A stretch of 64,000 nucleotides of DNA. Origin: Blastocystis sp. Blastoise (taxonomy: Eukaryota; Protista; Bigyra: Opalinata). Position 1 is the stretch's first letter. Each line of letters starts with the position of its first letter. The stretch is taken from positions 434,001 through 498,000 of the forward strand of contig JBBPEB010000005.1 of assembly GCA_039096225.1 (NCBI GenBank), written 5' to 3'. Positions 1-20,421 of the stretch are shown here, piece after piece. The position numbers and the translations under genes were made by a program. The notes beneath the pieces were generated by a model. It was not told the DNA's origin. It did not search any database and was given only the letters and a program-made list of their open reading frames with translations.

Positions 1-370
1 AAAATATTTATATAATAGTATATATAAAAGGAAAGGATAAAATATAAAAAAACAAATAGATATCAAAATTATAATATTTTAAAAATTAAACAAAACAATA
101 TATGAAAAGAATATATAATGTTTTTTTTAGACAAGAGAATAAGCTATTTCTCACAATAATAATTATATAGACTAATTCAAATAAAACATAAATATTTAAA
201 GGTAGGGTATAAGTGATAATAATATGTTTTAAAAGAAAAAGTATTTTATAATCATATTGATATTATTTAAAATACTAAATATTTATAAAACTAAATGAAT
301 TGATAAAATACATAGAAAGTTATAAATGAAATAACAAAGAAAAGTGAATTAATATTGAAAACTAAAAACT

Positions 371-693
371 AAATAGAAATAGAAATAGAAATAGAAATAG
401 AAATAGAAATAGAAATAGAAATAGAAATAGAAATAGAAATAGAAATAGAAATAGAAATAGAAATAGAAATAGAAATAGAAATAGAAATAGAAATAGAAAT
501 AGAAATAGAAATAGAAATAAAAATAGAAATAAAAATAAAAATAGAAATAGAAATAGAAATAGAAATAGAAATAGAAATAGAAATAGAAATAGAAATAGAA
601 ATAGAAATAGAAATAGAAATAGAAATAGAAATAGAAATAGAAATAGAAATAGAAATAGAAATAGAAATAGAAATAGAAATAGAAATAGAAATA
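371..693. repeat. (TAGAAA)n hexamer microsatellite, ~53 units
   Basis: Near-perfect AAATAG tandem array with a few AAATAA variants at 517-540; explains spurious ORFs 362..700 and 369..713. Confidence 0.97.
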
Positions 694-1057
694 AGATCAA
701 AAATAAAACACAAGAGTTAACTAATTATCATTGATAAACAATAAATATATATAATCAATAATAAAAATGGCTAAAAAGAATATTAAAAAAAAAGGAAATA
801 ATACTCAAAAACATATAGAATGTTAAGTAAGAATTATCAATATGTATGAATTAAATTATTTAAAATACTAAATTGAAAATTAAGATTAGAAGATAACAAT
901 TAAAAGCAATTGAAATAATATTTTATAAAATATGAAATAGTTTTAATCCTAAAAAAAAATAAAAACAGAAATGAATAACAAAAACATAAGAATAAATATT
1001 CATTTTTTAAAATTCAATGTAAGATATAACAATTGAGAGATAATAATTATCTAAACT

Positions 1058-1094
1058 CAAGCGTAGGCTGGCGTAGCCAGTCGTGAAACGCTTG
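1058..1094 (+). mobile_element. Candidate 3' terminus of a Helitron-like (rolling-circle) element
   Basis: Isolated GC-rich island CAAGCGT-A-GGCTGGC-GTA-GCCAGTC-GTGAA-ACGCTTG: 7-bp hairpin inside 7-bp inverted repeats, ending CTTG|T exactly at the duplication breakpoint. No transposase or 5' end is visible. Confidence 0.4.
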
Positions 1095-3103
1095 TATATT
1101 TAAAAAAAGTATATATATATTATTAAATATACTCTCTATTGAGTATATATAGATATTAAAATAATATAATAAATAAAAATATATGAATATATTAAAAGTA
1201 TATATTGATGATTCTTTGTTAATAATAATAAATAGACTATTACAAAACGATCAATAAAGAAATCAGTTCTAATTGGTATTGGAACGAGTACATTTTTAAG
1301 TTATCCTATGTATATGATTCATATAATGATATAATATGTATAAATAAATGAATATATAGTGTTCATTCTTGGAAGACACTTCATAATTATGAGATTCATC
1401 ATTTAAATAATATACCAATATGTAAAGAAAGATATCCTATTTGGATAAAGAATAGGAATGAAAAATATAGTTTTTCAATAATGAATTATTTAAGATGTTT
1501 AAAAGAACAAACGAAGAAAATTATAAAGATTCCATTTATAATAGATTATAAATCCTTAGGAAAGAGTATAGTTCGTTTTTCTCGAGTAGGAATATATAGT
1601 CCAATTTTATGTGGAGATTATATATGGACTTATTATGCATATATACCTCTATGTAAATATCTTAATACTTCAGATAATATTGAAGAGATAGAACATCGAT
1701 TGAATGAAAGAGAAAGTAGACGATTATGTAGTATTTTATTAAAGAATAAAGGATTATATGCGAAATTAGGACAAAGTATAAGTATTATGCCATCTGTATT
1801 TCCTCCTGAATATATTAATAATATGAAACCTTGTTTTCTTTCTTCTTCTTCTTCTAATTGTTCTTCTTCTTCTTATTCTATAAAGAAGATCTATAGAATA
1901 GTAGAAGAAGATATTCATCAGAATCCAAAAGATTTATTTAAATCATTTGATCCACAACCTATAGCTACAGCATCTATTTCACAAGTATATAAAGCAGTAC
2001 TTAAAAGTGGTGAAACTGTTGCTATTAAAATTCAACATCCGTATATATAATAATAATAATATATTAATAATAATAATAATAATAATAATATATAGTAGAA
2101 TAGAAGAAACAACAAAAATAGATTTATTTTTATTAAAATTGATTACTAAAAGTATTAGTCGTTTATTTCCTTCTTTTAGTTGTTATTGGAAGATTCAGGA
2201 ACTTTCAGAAACATTAAATAAAGAATTAGATTTTTCAAAAGAAATTGAAAATATGGAAATATGTCGACAAATGGCAAAACCTTATAAAAATATAGTGATT
2301 CCTACAGTATATCGTGATTATTGTTCAAAACGAATTATATGTATGTCTTATGAAGAAGGTATATCTATTGGAGATTCTCAAACTATACAAAATAAAAAGA
2401 TAAATATGTCTTCTGTTTTATCTTCGTTTGTTTCTTTCTATAATGATATGATTTTTAAATATAAATATGTTCATGCAGATCCACATATGGGAAATATATT
2501 AATACGTGAAAAGAATAATCATACTGAATTAGTATTATTAGATCATGGTCTGTATCAATCTCTTTCTCCTGATTTTATTCAACAATATTCATCATTTATT
2601 ACAAATACTTTTAAAGGTTATATTGATAAGAGTCGTGATTCTATAAAACAAATATTAGAAGATACAAAAGAAGGAATTCAAAAGATTAATAATAAAATAG
2701 AAGAAAAAGAATTATATAATATTGAAGATATATTTATGAATATATTTAATACTACATGTACAAATAAAGATTTATTGAATGATACTGACAGTAATAAACT
2801 TCGAAATGAATTAATAAAAACAATAATGAAAAATATGTCAACTTTAGGTTTATGTTTCACACGAATAACTACTAATCTATCGATGACTTTAAAAACATTT
2901 AATTCATTACGTTCTATTCTTATTCCTTATGATAAAACTGTATATATATATTTATTTATATTTATTAATATTTCTTTTTTAGAATACTTTATATGTGAAT
3001 TTCTTTCTTTCATGTAATCAATATATATGTCAACAAAAGAATAATCAAGCAAATACTATTTTAGAATCATTTATTACAAAAATCAATCTCTATTTATCTA
3101 CTG

Positions 3104-3139
<36 letters not shown>

Positions 3140-3695
3140 TTTTTTTTAGACTCTTCAAGAATGTATGAAATATATTATTTAAATTAATATTATTTGATTT
3201 TTATTTGTAAAAAGAATATTATTATTCTTTTCTATCTTTTCTTTCATGTATATTATATTTTCTTTTATTTAATAATAATAATATTATTATAGTTGTGTTA
3301 TTTTATTTAAATATATTTTTTTTATTTGTAAATAAGAAATTATATTTATTTCAATAATATTATTTTTAATTATAATTATATAAGAAATTTTTTTTTTGAT
3401 ATAAGATAAAAATATAACAAAACAATATTCATTTCTATTAATAGAAATAAAAAATATATTAAGAAATAAAGAGAAATTTATAATAATAAATATATTTTCT
3501 TTTATTTAAAAATAAGAAGAAGAAATATGAATATATATATATAATATAAATATCGATTATACTGCTGCTGTTGATGGATTTATAGAATTATTATTATTAT
3601 TATTATTATTATTTGATGTATATTGAATAATATGATTATTAATAGAATTAGAAGTATTAGATTCTATATATTTCTTTTTACTTTGATATTCAATT

Positions 3696-3730
<35 letters not shown>

Positions 3731-4057
3731 TTTTTCTTTCTTATTATTTGTTGTTTTTATAATTTGATGATTATTTTGTTGAGTATGAACTGTTAAAGGA
3801 GGAGAAGACATTCCTTTTGTGGGTGACATATTCTGAACAGAAGAAGAAGATGTATATGATTTCTGTCTATTTAATATAGATTGATCTGTCTTTACCCAAG
3901 AAGTTGATATATAAAAATCATAAATCTGTTTTGTCTGATTTATATCTATTTGCAATTTCTTTGATAAATTCTCTTTATTCACTTTCTCATTTCTTAATAC
4001 TTCTTGTAATATAACATTCTTTATCGATATGTAATGGCGAGGTAATATATGTATATA
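1095..4057 (+). repeat. Left arm of ~2.96 kb inverted segmental duplication
   Basis: Reverse complement of 38030-40987 apart from four introns, microsatellite lengths and a few substitutions. Confidence 0.97.
1183..3182 (+). CDS. ABC1/UbiB (ADCK1/5-like) atypical protein kinase, copy 1, with probable mitochondrial presequence
   Basis: Motifs YAKLGQ, PIATASISQVYKA, VAIKIQHP, ELDF..E, HADPHMGN, LLDHGL. GT-AG introns 1198-1235, 1310-1359, 2041-2095, 2940-2982 and 3103-3149 restore one frame ending TAA 3180-3182. Confidence 0.9.
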
Positions 4058-4469
4058 AGAACAAAAATCTTTTTCACTTTTTGTTAATAATGAATAATCT
4101 TCAAATGATGAAATATCAAGTGGAATTACCCTAGATAATATAATAATAATAATATAATAATAATAATGTAATATAATAATATATACTTTGAATTTGAATT
4201 TGGTGTTGGAAGAGAACTATATATATATATATCATATGCTTAAAATTAAAAAAAAATACAATAGATATATATATGTATATACGAAATAGGAGTATTATTA
4301 GTATTATTACTGTTATATTGATTCATGTTTTCATATTCATATATTTGTTCTAATGTAGTTATACCATTCTTACGATGTTTCTGAAGTTCTTTTATTCGTT
4401 GACGAAGATTCTCTTCAGTTATTAAATCTATATATATATATATATATATATAATATAATAATAATAATA

Positions 4470-4515
<46 letters not shown>

Positions 4516-6123
4516 CTAATTATATATATATATATATACTTGAAGCTAATTCTTCATATTCATCTTTAGATAAAAAACGGGCAAATGGTTTTATATGGCT
4601 ATAAACTAATTTCTCCTCCTATTTATAGAAATATAAATATAATAATTAAATAGCAAATATTTAAAACATATATATATATATATATACTTTAGTTCGTTTT
4701 TTTTCTTGTGCTTGAATTCCTTTTATATCTAATAATCCCCGATCAAAAATAAATTTCTTTTTTTCATTTCTATCATTTAAACGGCCTATATATATATTTA
4801 TGATGAAACTATATAATAATTCTATAATAAATTTATATACAAACTTCTAATAAAAAAATAATAATAAATATATAATATACGATTAAAAATTCTTAATAAA
4901 GAGAGTTTATAATTCATTTCTTTCTCATCTTCTTCTCCTGTTATTTCAATATCTTTAATAATATTTTCTAAATCATTATCATATTCAAAGTCAAAGTCTT
5001 GTCTATATGGCCAATAACCCTGAATATCATCACCTGGACCTACATATCTATATATATATATAATAATAATAATATAATAATAATAATAATAATAATAATA
5101 TAATAATAATATAATAATATAATAATATATATATATATTATTAATAAGTCTATATTATATAATAAAATAAACATAAATATTCTAATAATATGTATAAAAT
5201 AATTATATATGAATTTTATAAGGATAAGGAATGAATTAAAAAGTAAACAATAATAATAATTATATATACTCAGGAACAGGTTGTTCTTCTTGAATATCTA
5301 GATATGTAAACAAATAACATATGAACAAAACATGAAAACATATAATATATGACAATATTTATATAAGAATAAACATATATTTACCATCTGATTGCTTTGG
5401 TTTAAGAGGTTGATTGACATCAGGTAATGGAAACGTAGAAGAATTAATATAAGTACTAAAGTAATGATCTAAGCACTTGTTCTCACTCTTATCGCCAAGA
5501 AAATTTGAAGTTTCTCTAAAAATAATAAAAAAAACGATGATAAAAAACGAATTCTTTTAATAAAGAAAAAAAAACGTTAACAAAAACACAATTAAAATGA
5601 GAGAAATATATATATTATGACATAAGAGTAATGAGATTCATAAGAGAAACAACAGTAACATACTCCCAATTACCCATACCAAATATTTGACCTGCTTCAA
5701 GTAACTTCATTTCATCAAGTGCAGACCAACCTTCTTGAAATAACGTTATAGAATTTAAATTATGCATTACACAATAGCTGTGTGTCTTTTTGTGAGTAGC
5801 AGATTCTTTACCAGATAGCATACAATCACCACAATAAATCATATCCCCACATTCAGGACATCTGAACTGTATTGAATTTGTAATATCCTAAAGAAAATCA
5901 ATGACTTAAGAGACAAAGCAATACTCGTTGACAAAAAGAACATCTGACAAACACATTACTTTGAGATATAGGCGTGTAGGGATCCAAACCATCTATATTA
6001 TCGATAATTATCAAGTAAAAATCAGCTTACGGTACATTTCTGCATCAGTTTTTTTCTTATATTCTGTTGTTGATCTATATAAATAAGTATATATAAAATA
6101 AACTAATACTTTTGAGCTTCCAT
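3557..6123 (-). CDS. ADA2: Transcriptional adaptor ADA2 (SAGA complex)
   Basis: ZZ zinc finger (CSFC..CPEC..CGDC..H..H), SANT (WSALDEMKLLEAGQIFGMGNWE), GYWPYRQDFDFEYDND motif and C-terminal SWIRM-like region, over about 10 GT-AG introns. Confidence 0.9.
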
Positions 6124-7859
6124 TTCTATGTCAATATTAGCAAACAGTTCAAAAAGAAATCTCATATAAAATACCTTGCACACACATATTTCTGATTTTC
6201 TAGAAATATTAGTAACAGAATGACGTGTAACCGTGATTCTCTTTTTCAAGATTTTTTCATATAATTACCTTCATTTCTCTATAAAAACATAAATAAATCG
6301 TTTTTTAAGAATATTACTTTTTTGTAAATATTGACTTTATTCCGAATTGCATCCTTGACTTTTAGAAATATAAGCATCTATAGAATTCATAGTTCTACTG
6401 GTATAAAAATGAAGAGTGCAAAAAAACAATTTTCTCACGTAATTCGTTTCATATTCTACAAATTCATTTATGCCAATGTTTGAAAGACTTATGCTTAAAT
6501 AAGATATAGATACTTGTTTCGGAAATGAGAATCTATTGTAGAAAATAACTATGAAAAACAAAAAAACATTTTATTGCTTTATATTCACTATACAATTATA
6601 GCATTATCAAATCAGCACTACCATAATCCATATATTGACCAAATATAAGAGGAAATCAAAGATATTTTTTATAAATGATAAATATTTTCAAACTATGTAG
6701 ACCAAATATTCAACGGTATTCAATTAGAGCTACTTGCATATGCTGAATTCACACATGGCATATGCAAAATAATGTAGCAATAAAAATGATTTGTCGTGTA
6801 TTCGATAGATTAGGATTCATTTTTGCGTTTTGTGAAGAAAATAGTCAATAATAAACTTATGAGAGAGATAACACTTAATTTATGAAAGGTCATACCTTTA
6901 AAAAATTGAGTAATAATGAACCCAAAATAGGTCAAACATTTTTGGTAAAAAATGCTCAATAATTACAAGAATCGCAATAAAAAATTTGGATGACAAATTC
7001 ATTTGATTGGTTCAAACTAAAGGTCACTCAAATGAGCTTATAGAATTGCCGAAACGTATAGTTGTTAAGAAAAAAAATATAATAAACCTTAAAAGAGTGG
7101 ACGTTTTTTTATAATAAAAGTAAATCATGATTGATTACTAAACATATTCTTCTTATTGTTTCCTTCTCATTCACCTATTCTCATATATTTATTTACTTTT
7201 TTAAGTATGATCACTGTGAATAGAATGAAAATTATATGATTTATCTACTATACAGAATGATATCTGTTGAATATATGATATGTATTGTTAGCTGATGGAT
7301 TTGTTCCGCTAATTCAGTTCCTTATTTGGTAATGGCTAAGAATGCAATGAGAATCCGTTGATACTTCGGGTAGATTATTGATCAATTAGAGAAAATACTA
7401 TTTTTTCTAATTAACAGTTTCAAGGACACTATCCAGTTTGGCGCTTTGCTTTCAAAAAGTATGTTTTCCAATAAATAGTATGTATATATTATTGTTTGGC
7501 TTGTTTTGCTGCTTATGGGTTATGAATTGTATATTGTGTTATATGGCAATAATTGATAACAGATGCGCTTTTATATAAGGCAGATGTAACTGTAGTTGCC
7601 CAAATAAGCAATGTATCATACCCGCAGCTATTTCTCTATTATATATAACTGCTTTTAAGTACATGTATCATTTTTGTCTGTTTAGATTTCATTTGTCGCC
7701 ATTTATTGGAAAATATAAACTAAAGCTGCTCTAAACTGTTTTAAGTGTCTAAATAATGTATTCTGTGTTTTGTTTGCCTTTTATTAATGGATTAAAAAAC
7801 TAAAAAATGTGTTTATATATACTTAAAAAAATTAGATGAAAATTATATTAATAAAAATA

Positions 7860-7932
7860 TTCCCATGCCGGGACTCGAACCCGGGTCGGCGAGGTGAAAA
7901 CCCGCTATCCTAACCGGCTAGACTACATGGGA
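7860..7932 (-). tRNA. tRNA-Glu(TTC)
   Basis: Minus strand TCCCATG...CATGGGA acceptor stem, anticodon arm GCGGG-TTTTCAC-CTCGC, GGTTCGAGTCCC T-arm. Confidence 0.96.
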
Positions 7933-8026
7933 TCGATGAAATATGTTTTTATCTTACGCATACGAATCATGTAGTAATGTATAAACGATAATATACTATT
8001 ATATTTCTATTTCATTGTTTTACGAT

Positions 8027-8993
8027 ATGTTTTCAAAAATTCTTGGTCAGAAACGGAAATATACAGAGTCTGTGAAACCTTCCAAACGTGTTGAAATCAC
8101 TCCTCAAACTAATGATGAGATTCTTATTTCTCTATTTGAGTCAGAAATTGATATATTGTCAAAGATATTATTTAAAACACACAATTCGCATCGAAGGACT
8201 TCCTATTACAAAGCAACTAATGATTCTTTTAGACATTTCAAGCATGCTCTTCTTTTCTATAAAGAATATATGAGTCTAGAATCAAATAATGATCTTGTTC
8301 AACAGTATTTTTTTAAACTTTTATTTAAAATATTTAAAAGATTATTATTCTTAAGTTATATTTTATTAACATGACTAAATTTTAAATATATTTATTAAAT
8401 TAGAGTTTTACAAATGCAAAAAATTATCAGATCCTTAGACAAGGTATGTTTTTTTTTCATTTTTTCGTTTTTATTATATTTTATTATTTTTCTACTTTAA
8501 ATATTTATTTATAGGGAATTACACATTCGAAACGTGCTTATGCGTATATTAATATATATTCTTAATATAAAAATATCGCTATTTCATACATAATATTATT
8601 ATATAATATAATCTATAGTTATTGTTCTTCACAAATATCTGTGACTTATTTTGTGAACATAAATTCTATATATATTTCAAGTATTGCCAGACTTTATTAT
8701 ATTGGTAATGTATTATTCAAAAAAGTATATATATATAATATATATATATATGAAATATATGTATATATTAAATAATATACAATGATTGTTATTTAAAATT
8801 CTTTAATAAAAGAATATTTTTGTTTATTCAATTATATATATAGTTTATTGACATTCATAAAACAAAATATATGAAGATTTCTCAAGAAAAAAGGCCACAG
8901 GATTTACCTCTTGAATTATATGAGTCTTTGAATAAGAATAAAATAGAAGATATACCATTTATTGATAATGAAAATGCTGTAAATACAGTATAA
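8027..8993 (+). CDS. Putative NEPRO/Rmp1-like (DUF4477) RNase MRP-associated protein
   Basis: Spliced gene; E..ILSKILFKTHNSHRRTSYYK resembles the DUF4477 N-terminal motif. Family call made from memory of the motif. Confidence 0.5.
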
Positions 8994-9287
8994 GTTGTTG
9001 TAATTGTTATTTGTTTATATGTATATTATTTTATTTATGTATTTAGTAGCATTATGTTTTATTTGCAAATAGATTCGACTTGTATTTATTAATATAAAAA
9101 TACTTTGAGAAATAAATATTAAAAAAAATGGTTTTTTATAACGTTATTAAATAAATAAACAAATAAACAATGTAAATTAGGGTTATAATTGTGTAACAAA
9201 ATATTTCTATAAAAAATTAAATGGAAAATTTATATAGTCTAAATAATAGATATATTAGTAATAATAATAAATAGATATATATATTTA

Positions 9288-9799
9288 TTAATAAGTGAAT
9301 GAATCATCAATTTCAAATTGAATATCATCGGCGCGAATTGGAAAGAATAAAATAATAAACTCTACTAAAGCTATTAGTTTAATATTATTAAGTTCATAAA
9401 CTAAATCAATAATAGTTTCATTCTTTATATTTCTACATTTAAATAATTGTTCATAAATATCTGAAGAAAAAGGAAGTCTTACTTTATTACATAATAACTT
9501 TTTTGTTTCTTCATCCATCGATTCTAATGAATATATACGTTGAGAAGTAGGAGAATATAATTGTGTATTTGTTGGAGAAACAGGAGATGATGGAGATACT
9601 GAAGGAATAATCACGGGAATATGATCATTCTGAGATACATCAGATTGAATAGCATTGGAGATATTTTGATTATCAGTTGAAACAGTTTTCAGTGATGTTA
9701 AGAGAGATTCAGAAGGTTTTAATGGAGTATTTATAGATATGGGATTATTATTAGTAGTAGAAGTAATAGTATCTGAAAGAGTAGAAGATGATAAAGAAA

Positions 9800-9835
<36 letters not shown>

Positions 9836-11137
9836 CATTATTATGATCAATATTATTATTATTATTATTATTATTATTATGATCAATAGTATTATTCTTA
9901 TCAATATTATGATCAATAGTATTATTATTATCAATATTATGATCAATAGTATTATTGTTATCAATATTATTATCAATATTATTATTATTATCTTCTTCTA
10001 TTGATAGATCTTCACTCTGATTTATAGAAACTTGATTTCCATTTATATGAATATCTACATTATCCTCTTTATTAATAGGAATGACTTTATTCTCTATATT
10101 ATATGATGATATACTACTAGTTATATCCTGTTTATAGCCAGTTATTTCTTCTTCTAAAGCTTTATTTATCTTCTTATTAGGATTATTATAACAAGATAAA
10201 GACTGATAATGAGTATATTTCTTAAATAAATGCCATACGTAATAAGGATACTTACTAAAACCAAGTAACTCCAAAAACACTTTTTGGACATTCTTTTTAG
10301 ATCTATAATTATATATATATAATTAATTAGAGAAAGTAATTTAGTCTAACATTATTAAACAATAATTTAATGGGTTTATCATAAAATAATATATATATAT
10401 ATATATATTATAGATAAGTAAAAAAACATAATAATAAGAAGAATAACCAAATAATAATAAACATAATAATAATAAGAATAATCAAATAATAATAAACATG
10501 ATAATAATAAGCATAACCTGATACTAATAAACATAATAAGAATAAGATAGTCATATAATAATAAACATGATAATATACCGAAGTGCATAAAAGAGTGCTG
10601 TTTCCCCTGACGCGTCATTCATTGTTACAGATACATTATATTTCATCAGTGTATGAACACATCTATATTGTCCTCTCTCACTTGCCAACATTAGAGCAGT
10701 CACGCCAGTTGTATTAAACGAATTCAAACTCTTAATATATATATATATATGTTATATATAAAATTTATTCTATATCATATAATAATGTTCAACATATATA
10801 TATTGTACTATGTAATATACTCTGTAAATAATAATATAAATAAATTGAAAGTGTAAATACTAGTAGATAAATAATAATAATAATGATAATATTAATATAC
10901 ATATATATATATATATATATACATATATTTATGATTACTCTCTTCTCCTTTAGCGAAACATGTTAATTTCAACGCTATATCTTCATATCCCTCTCGAATA
11001 CAGCACATGAGTGGTGTATCATTATTCTTATTTAACTGAATCAACGAAGCACCTTTAGAAATTGGAAATTAAATATATATAATCATTCGTTTAAATGCAT
11101 ATATATATATGAAAAACATTATAGAATAAGAATTGAA

Positions 11138-11191
<54 letters not shown>

Positions 11192-11347
11192 AAGTATATA
11201 AAAGACGTAATCATTGAATAATTCCTCTTTTTAATAGCAATATAAATAGGTGTTTCTTTATTCTCATCTTCATAATTAATATACTATATGTATATATTGA
11301 ATTCAGATAGATATAAAGTCTGAGTAGAATATATACGTATAATTAAG

Positions 11348-11393
<46 letters not shown>

Positions 11394-12850
11394 TTTATAT
11401 AGAGCGTTTCTTTGGTTCATAGCTACATACATTTGTAAAACATGTATATCGCCATTATAAGCAATATAATGTAAAATATTACTATATAATTTATAATCAT
11501 TATTATTATATATACTACAATAATAATTATAAAACATATAGAATAGTAATGGTCTATATATATGTATATATATACCGTTCTCCATTCTTATATATATGGT
11601 CAGGCATGTTATTCATACTAAAAATAAGACCATATAAATCTTTCATCCCTTTATATATACATATATTCAACGGATCCCAACCCTAGAAGATATATAATAA
11701 TATATATATATATACTAAATATTATAATCTATATATCTTGATATAAAAAGAAAATAATAATAATATATATATTAAATATTATAATCTATATATCTTGATA
11801 TAAAAAATAATAATATATATATATATATTTATATATATTATATATACATGATACACCCAGTCTCTTTCTATTTTTGTGATTTGTATACTTTGGCGTAATA
11901 AGTTACTATCCCCATAAACAGCTGCCATATGAATAAGTGGTGGACGATTGTCACATGGGTCTGCACATGCATAAGAGAAATATAACGCATTTAATTCAAG
12001 AGATAATGTAGATGATAAATTAATTCTAAATAAAAGTAAATTATGAATTTATAATAAACAGTATATAATTTATATATATAATATATATATTTTCTCAACA
12101 AAAACAAGAATACATTTAGTATACCACAATAAAAAGTCTTATTAAATATATATATGTAAAATTATATATATTCATCAATATATATTTAAGAATAGAATAC
12201 TATGATGCTTCAATTAATATAATTATAATACTATATACTTTATAGTTTGAAAAGGAATTGTCCAATAACATTGTTCTTTTGGAGTTAAAAACTGAAAATG
12301 AGGAGTAAACTCTGTAGGTTCTGTTAACGGTTTGTATTGTGTATATCGTTTATCTTCAGGTATTTTCATCCATGGTAAGTATATACATTGACGAAGAGGA
12401 ATGCTAATGGTTTTATATTTAAATTTACCAAACATAGAAATTTTATAAACGGTGATTTGTATATATGTATATGAATAATATACTATTCCATCACTAAATA
12501 ATGTTTCAATAACTCAATATATAGATTCAAAAACATACAATATAAAACTCTGATTAACTTCAGAGTTATTATCAAACCATTCTATATAGTAAGATATCTA
12601 AAAAGATATATATATATATACTAGTTTTAACGACTTTACCAAGAATCTGTATTGTTGCAGAATATTTTACTACATATATTTATGAATAAAAACAAAGTGA
12701 ACTTACGAAATCGACTCCATTTATCATTATCTACAATCTTCTTCACTAAAGATATATTATCAAGCATATACATATATCGAATATACGTTTTAAATACAAG
12801 AATCCAGCACCATCGAAACAATTATTGTACTGTTTATCACTTTCCATATA
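9288..12850 (-). CDS. Ankyrin-repeat protein with Asn/Ser-rich low-complexity C-terminal region (5' end approximate)
   Basis: Exons encode PLIHMAAVYGD, DENKETPIFIAIKRG, NKNNDTPLMCCIREG and TTGVTALMLA; last exon is ORF 9288..10280. Confidence 0.75.
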
Positions 12851-13191
12851 TTATGTGTACTTACAATACTCTATATTCAAATGTTGATCACAAATATGAT
12901 TTAATTTGTATTAAAAAATGTATATATTGTTATAACTAAACCAAAAAATGGTCCAAGTTCTTTTATTGATTTCAGAACTCGCTGAAATTATTGCTTATTT
13001 ATAAAGTTTGCGATTCTTTTAAAAATTCAGACATTTTTTTTCATTTTCCGAATTGATTGCCAGTTTTCTTCTAATAACTTATACATTTGCTAACAAAAAT
13101 AAATAACTTTTTTGTTTTTAAGCATTACTGTATATTCTATTAATATTTATTGTTATATATTTCTTACTTTAGTTCTACTGATTGAACTACT

Positions 13192-19999
<6,808 letters not shown>

Positions 20000-20421
20000 C
20001 ACGGTTTCTTTATGTTATTTATTCTATAGTAATTCTATTTTTTATATTTTATTTTTTGTATATTGTTATTGTTATTATTTTATTGTTGCACTTTATATGT
20101 TAGTTTAATTGGTTATTGTCATTCTTTGTTTCTTTTAAATAATTATTTGTTAGAACTTCATGTTTTTAATAATATTAAAAGTCAAAATGTTATATTCATA
20201 ATTGTTGTTAATAATAGTATGTAATTCTTTTATTAGCTTGATTTCTCAAATAGATAATGTGTTTATAATTATAAAATATTTTTCTTTTTAATAAAATAGA
20301 ATAGCTATTCAAAACAATACAAAATATATAATATATTCAAAAAAATGTTAATAAAAAAATGGGGATCACTTATAGATTTATATATATATAACTATTTTAA
20401 TGATGATATTTATTTTCACAC

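Noticed and set aside
362-713. ORFs of (LF)n and (IS)n
   Set aside because: Translations of the TAGAAA microsatellite.
1058-1094. Hammerhead ribozyme or tRNA fragment
   Set aside because: GAAAC is present but there is no CUGANGA core and no third stem; no tRNA arms.
2041-2982. Introner transposon family
   Set aside because: The polymorphic introns share only low-complexity sequence; no TIR family or consistent TSD is visible.
6337-7740. Possible small gene(s) or pseudogene between ADA2 and tRNA-Glu
   Set aside because: Slightly higher GC and some GT/AG sites, but I could not build a consistent frame or recognise a product.
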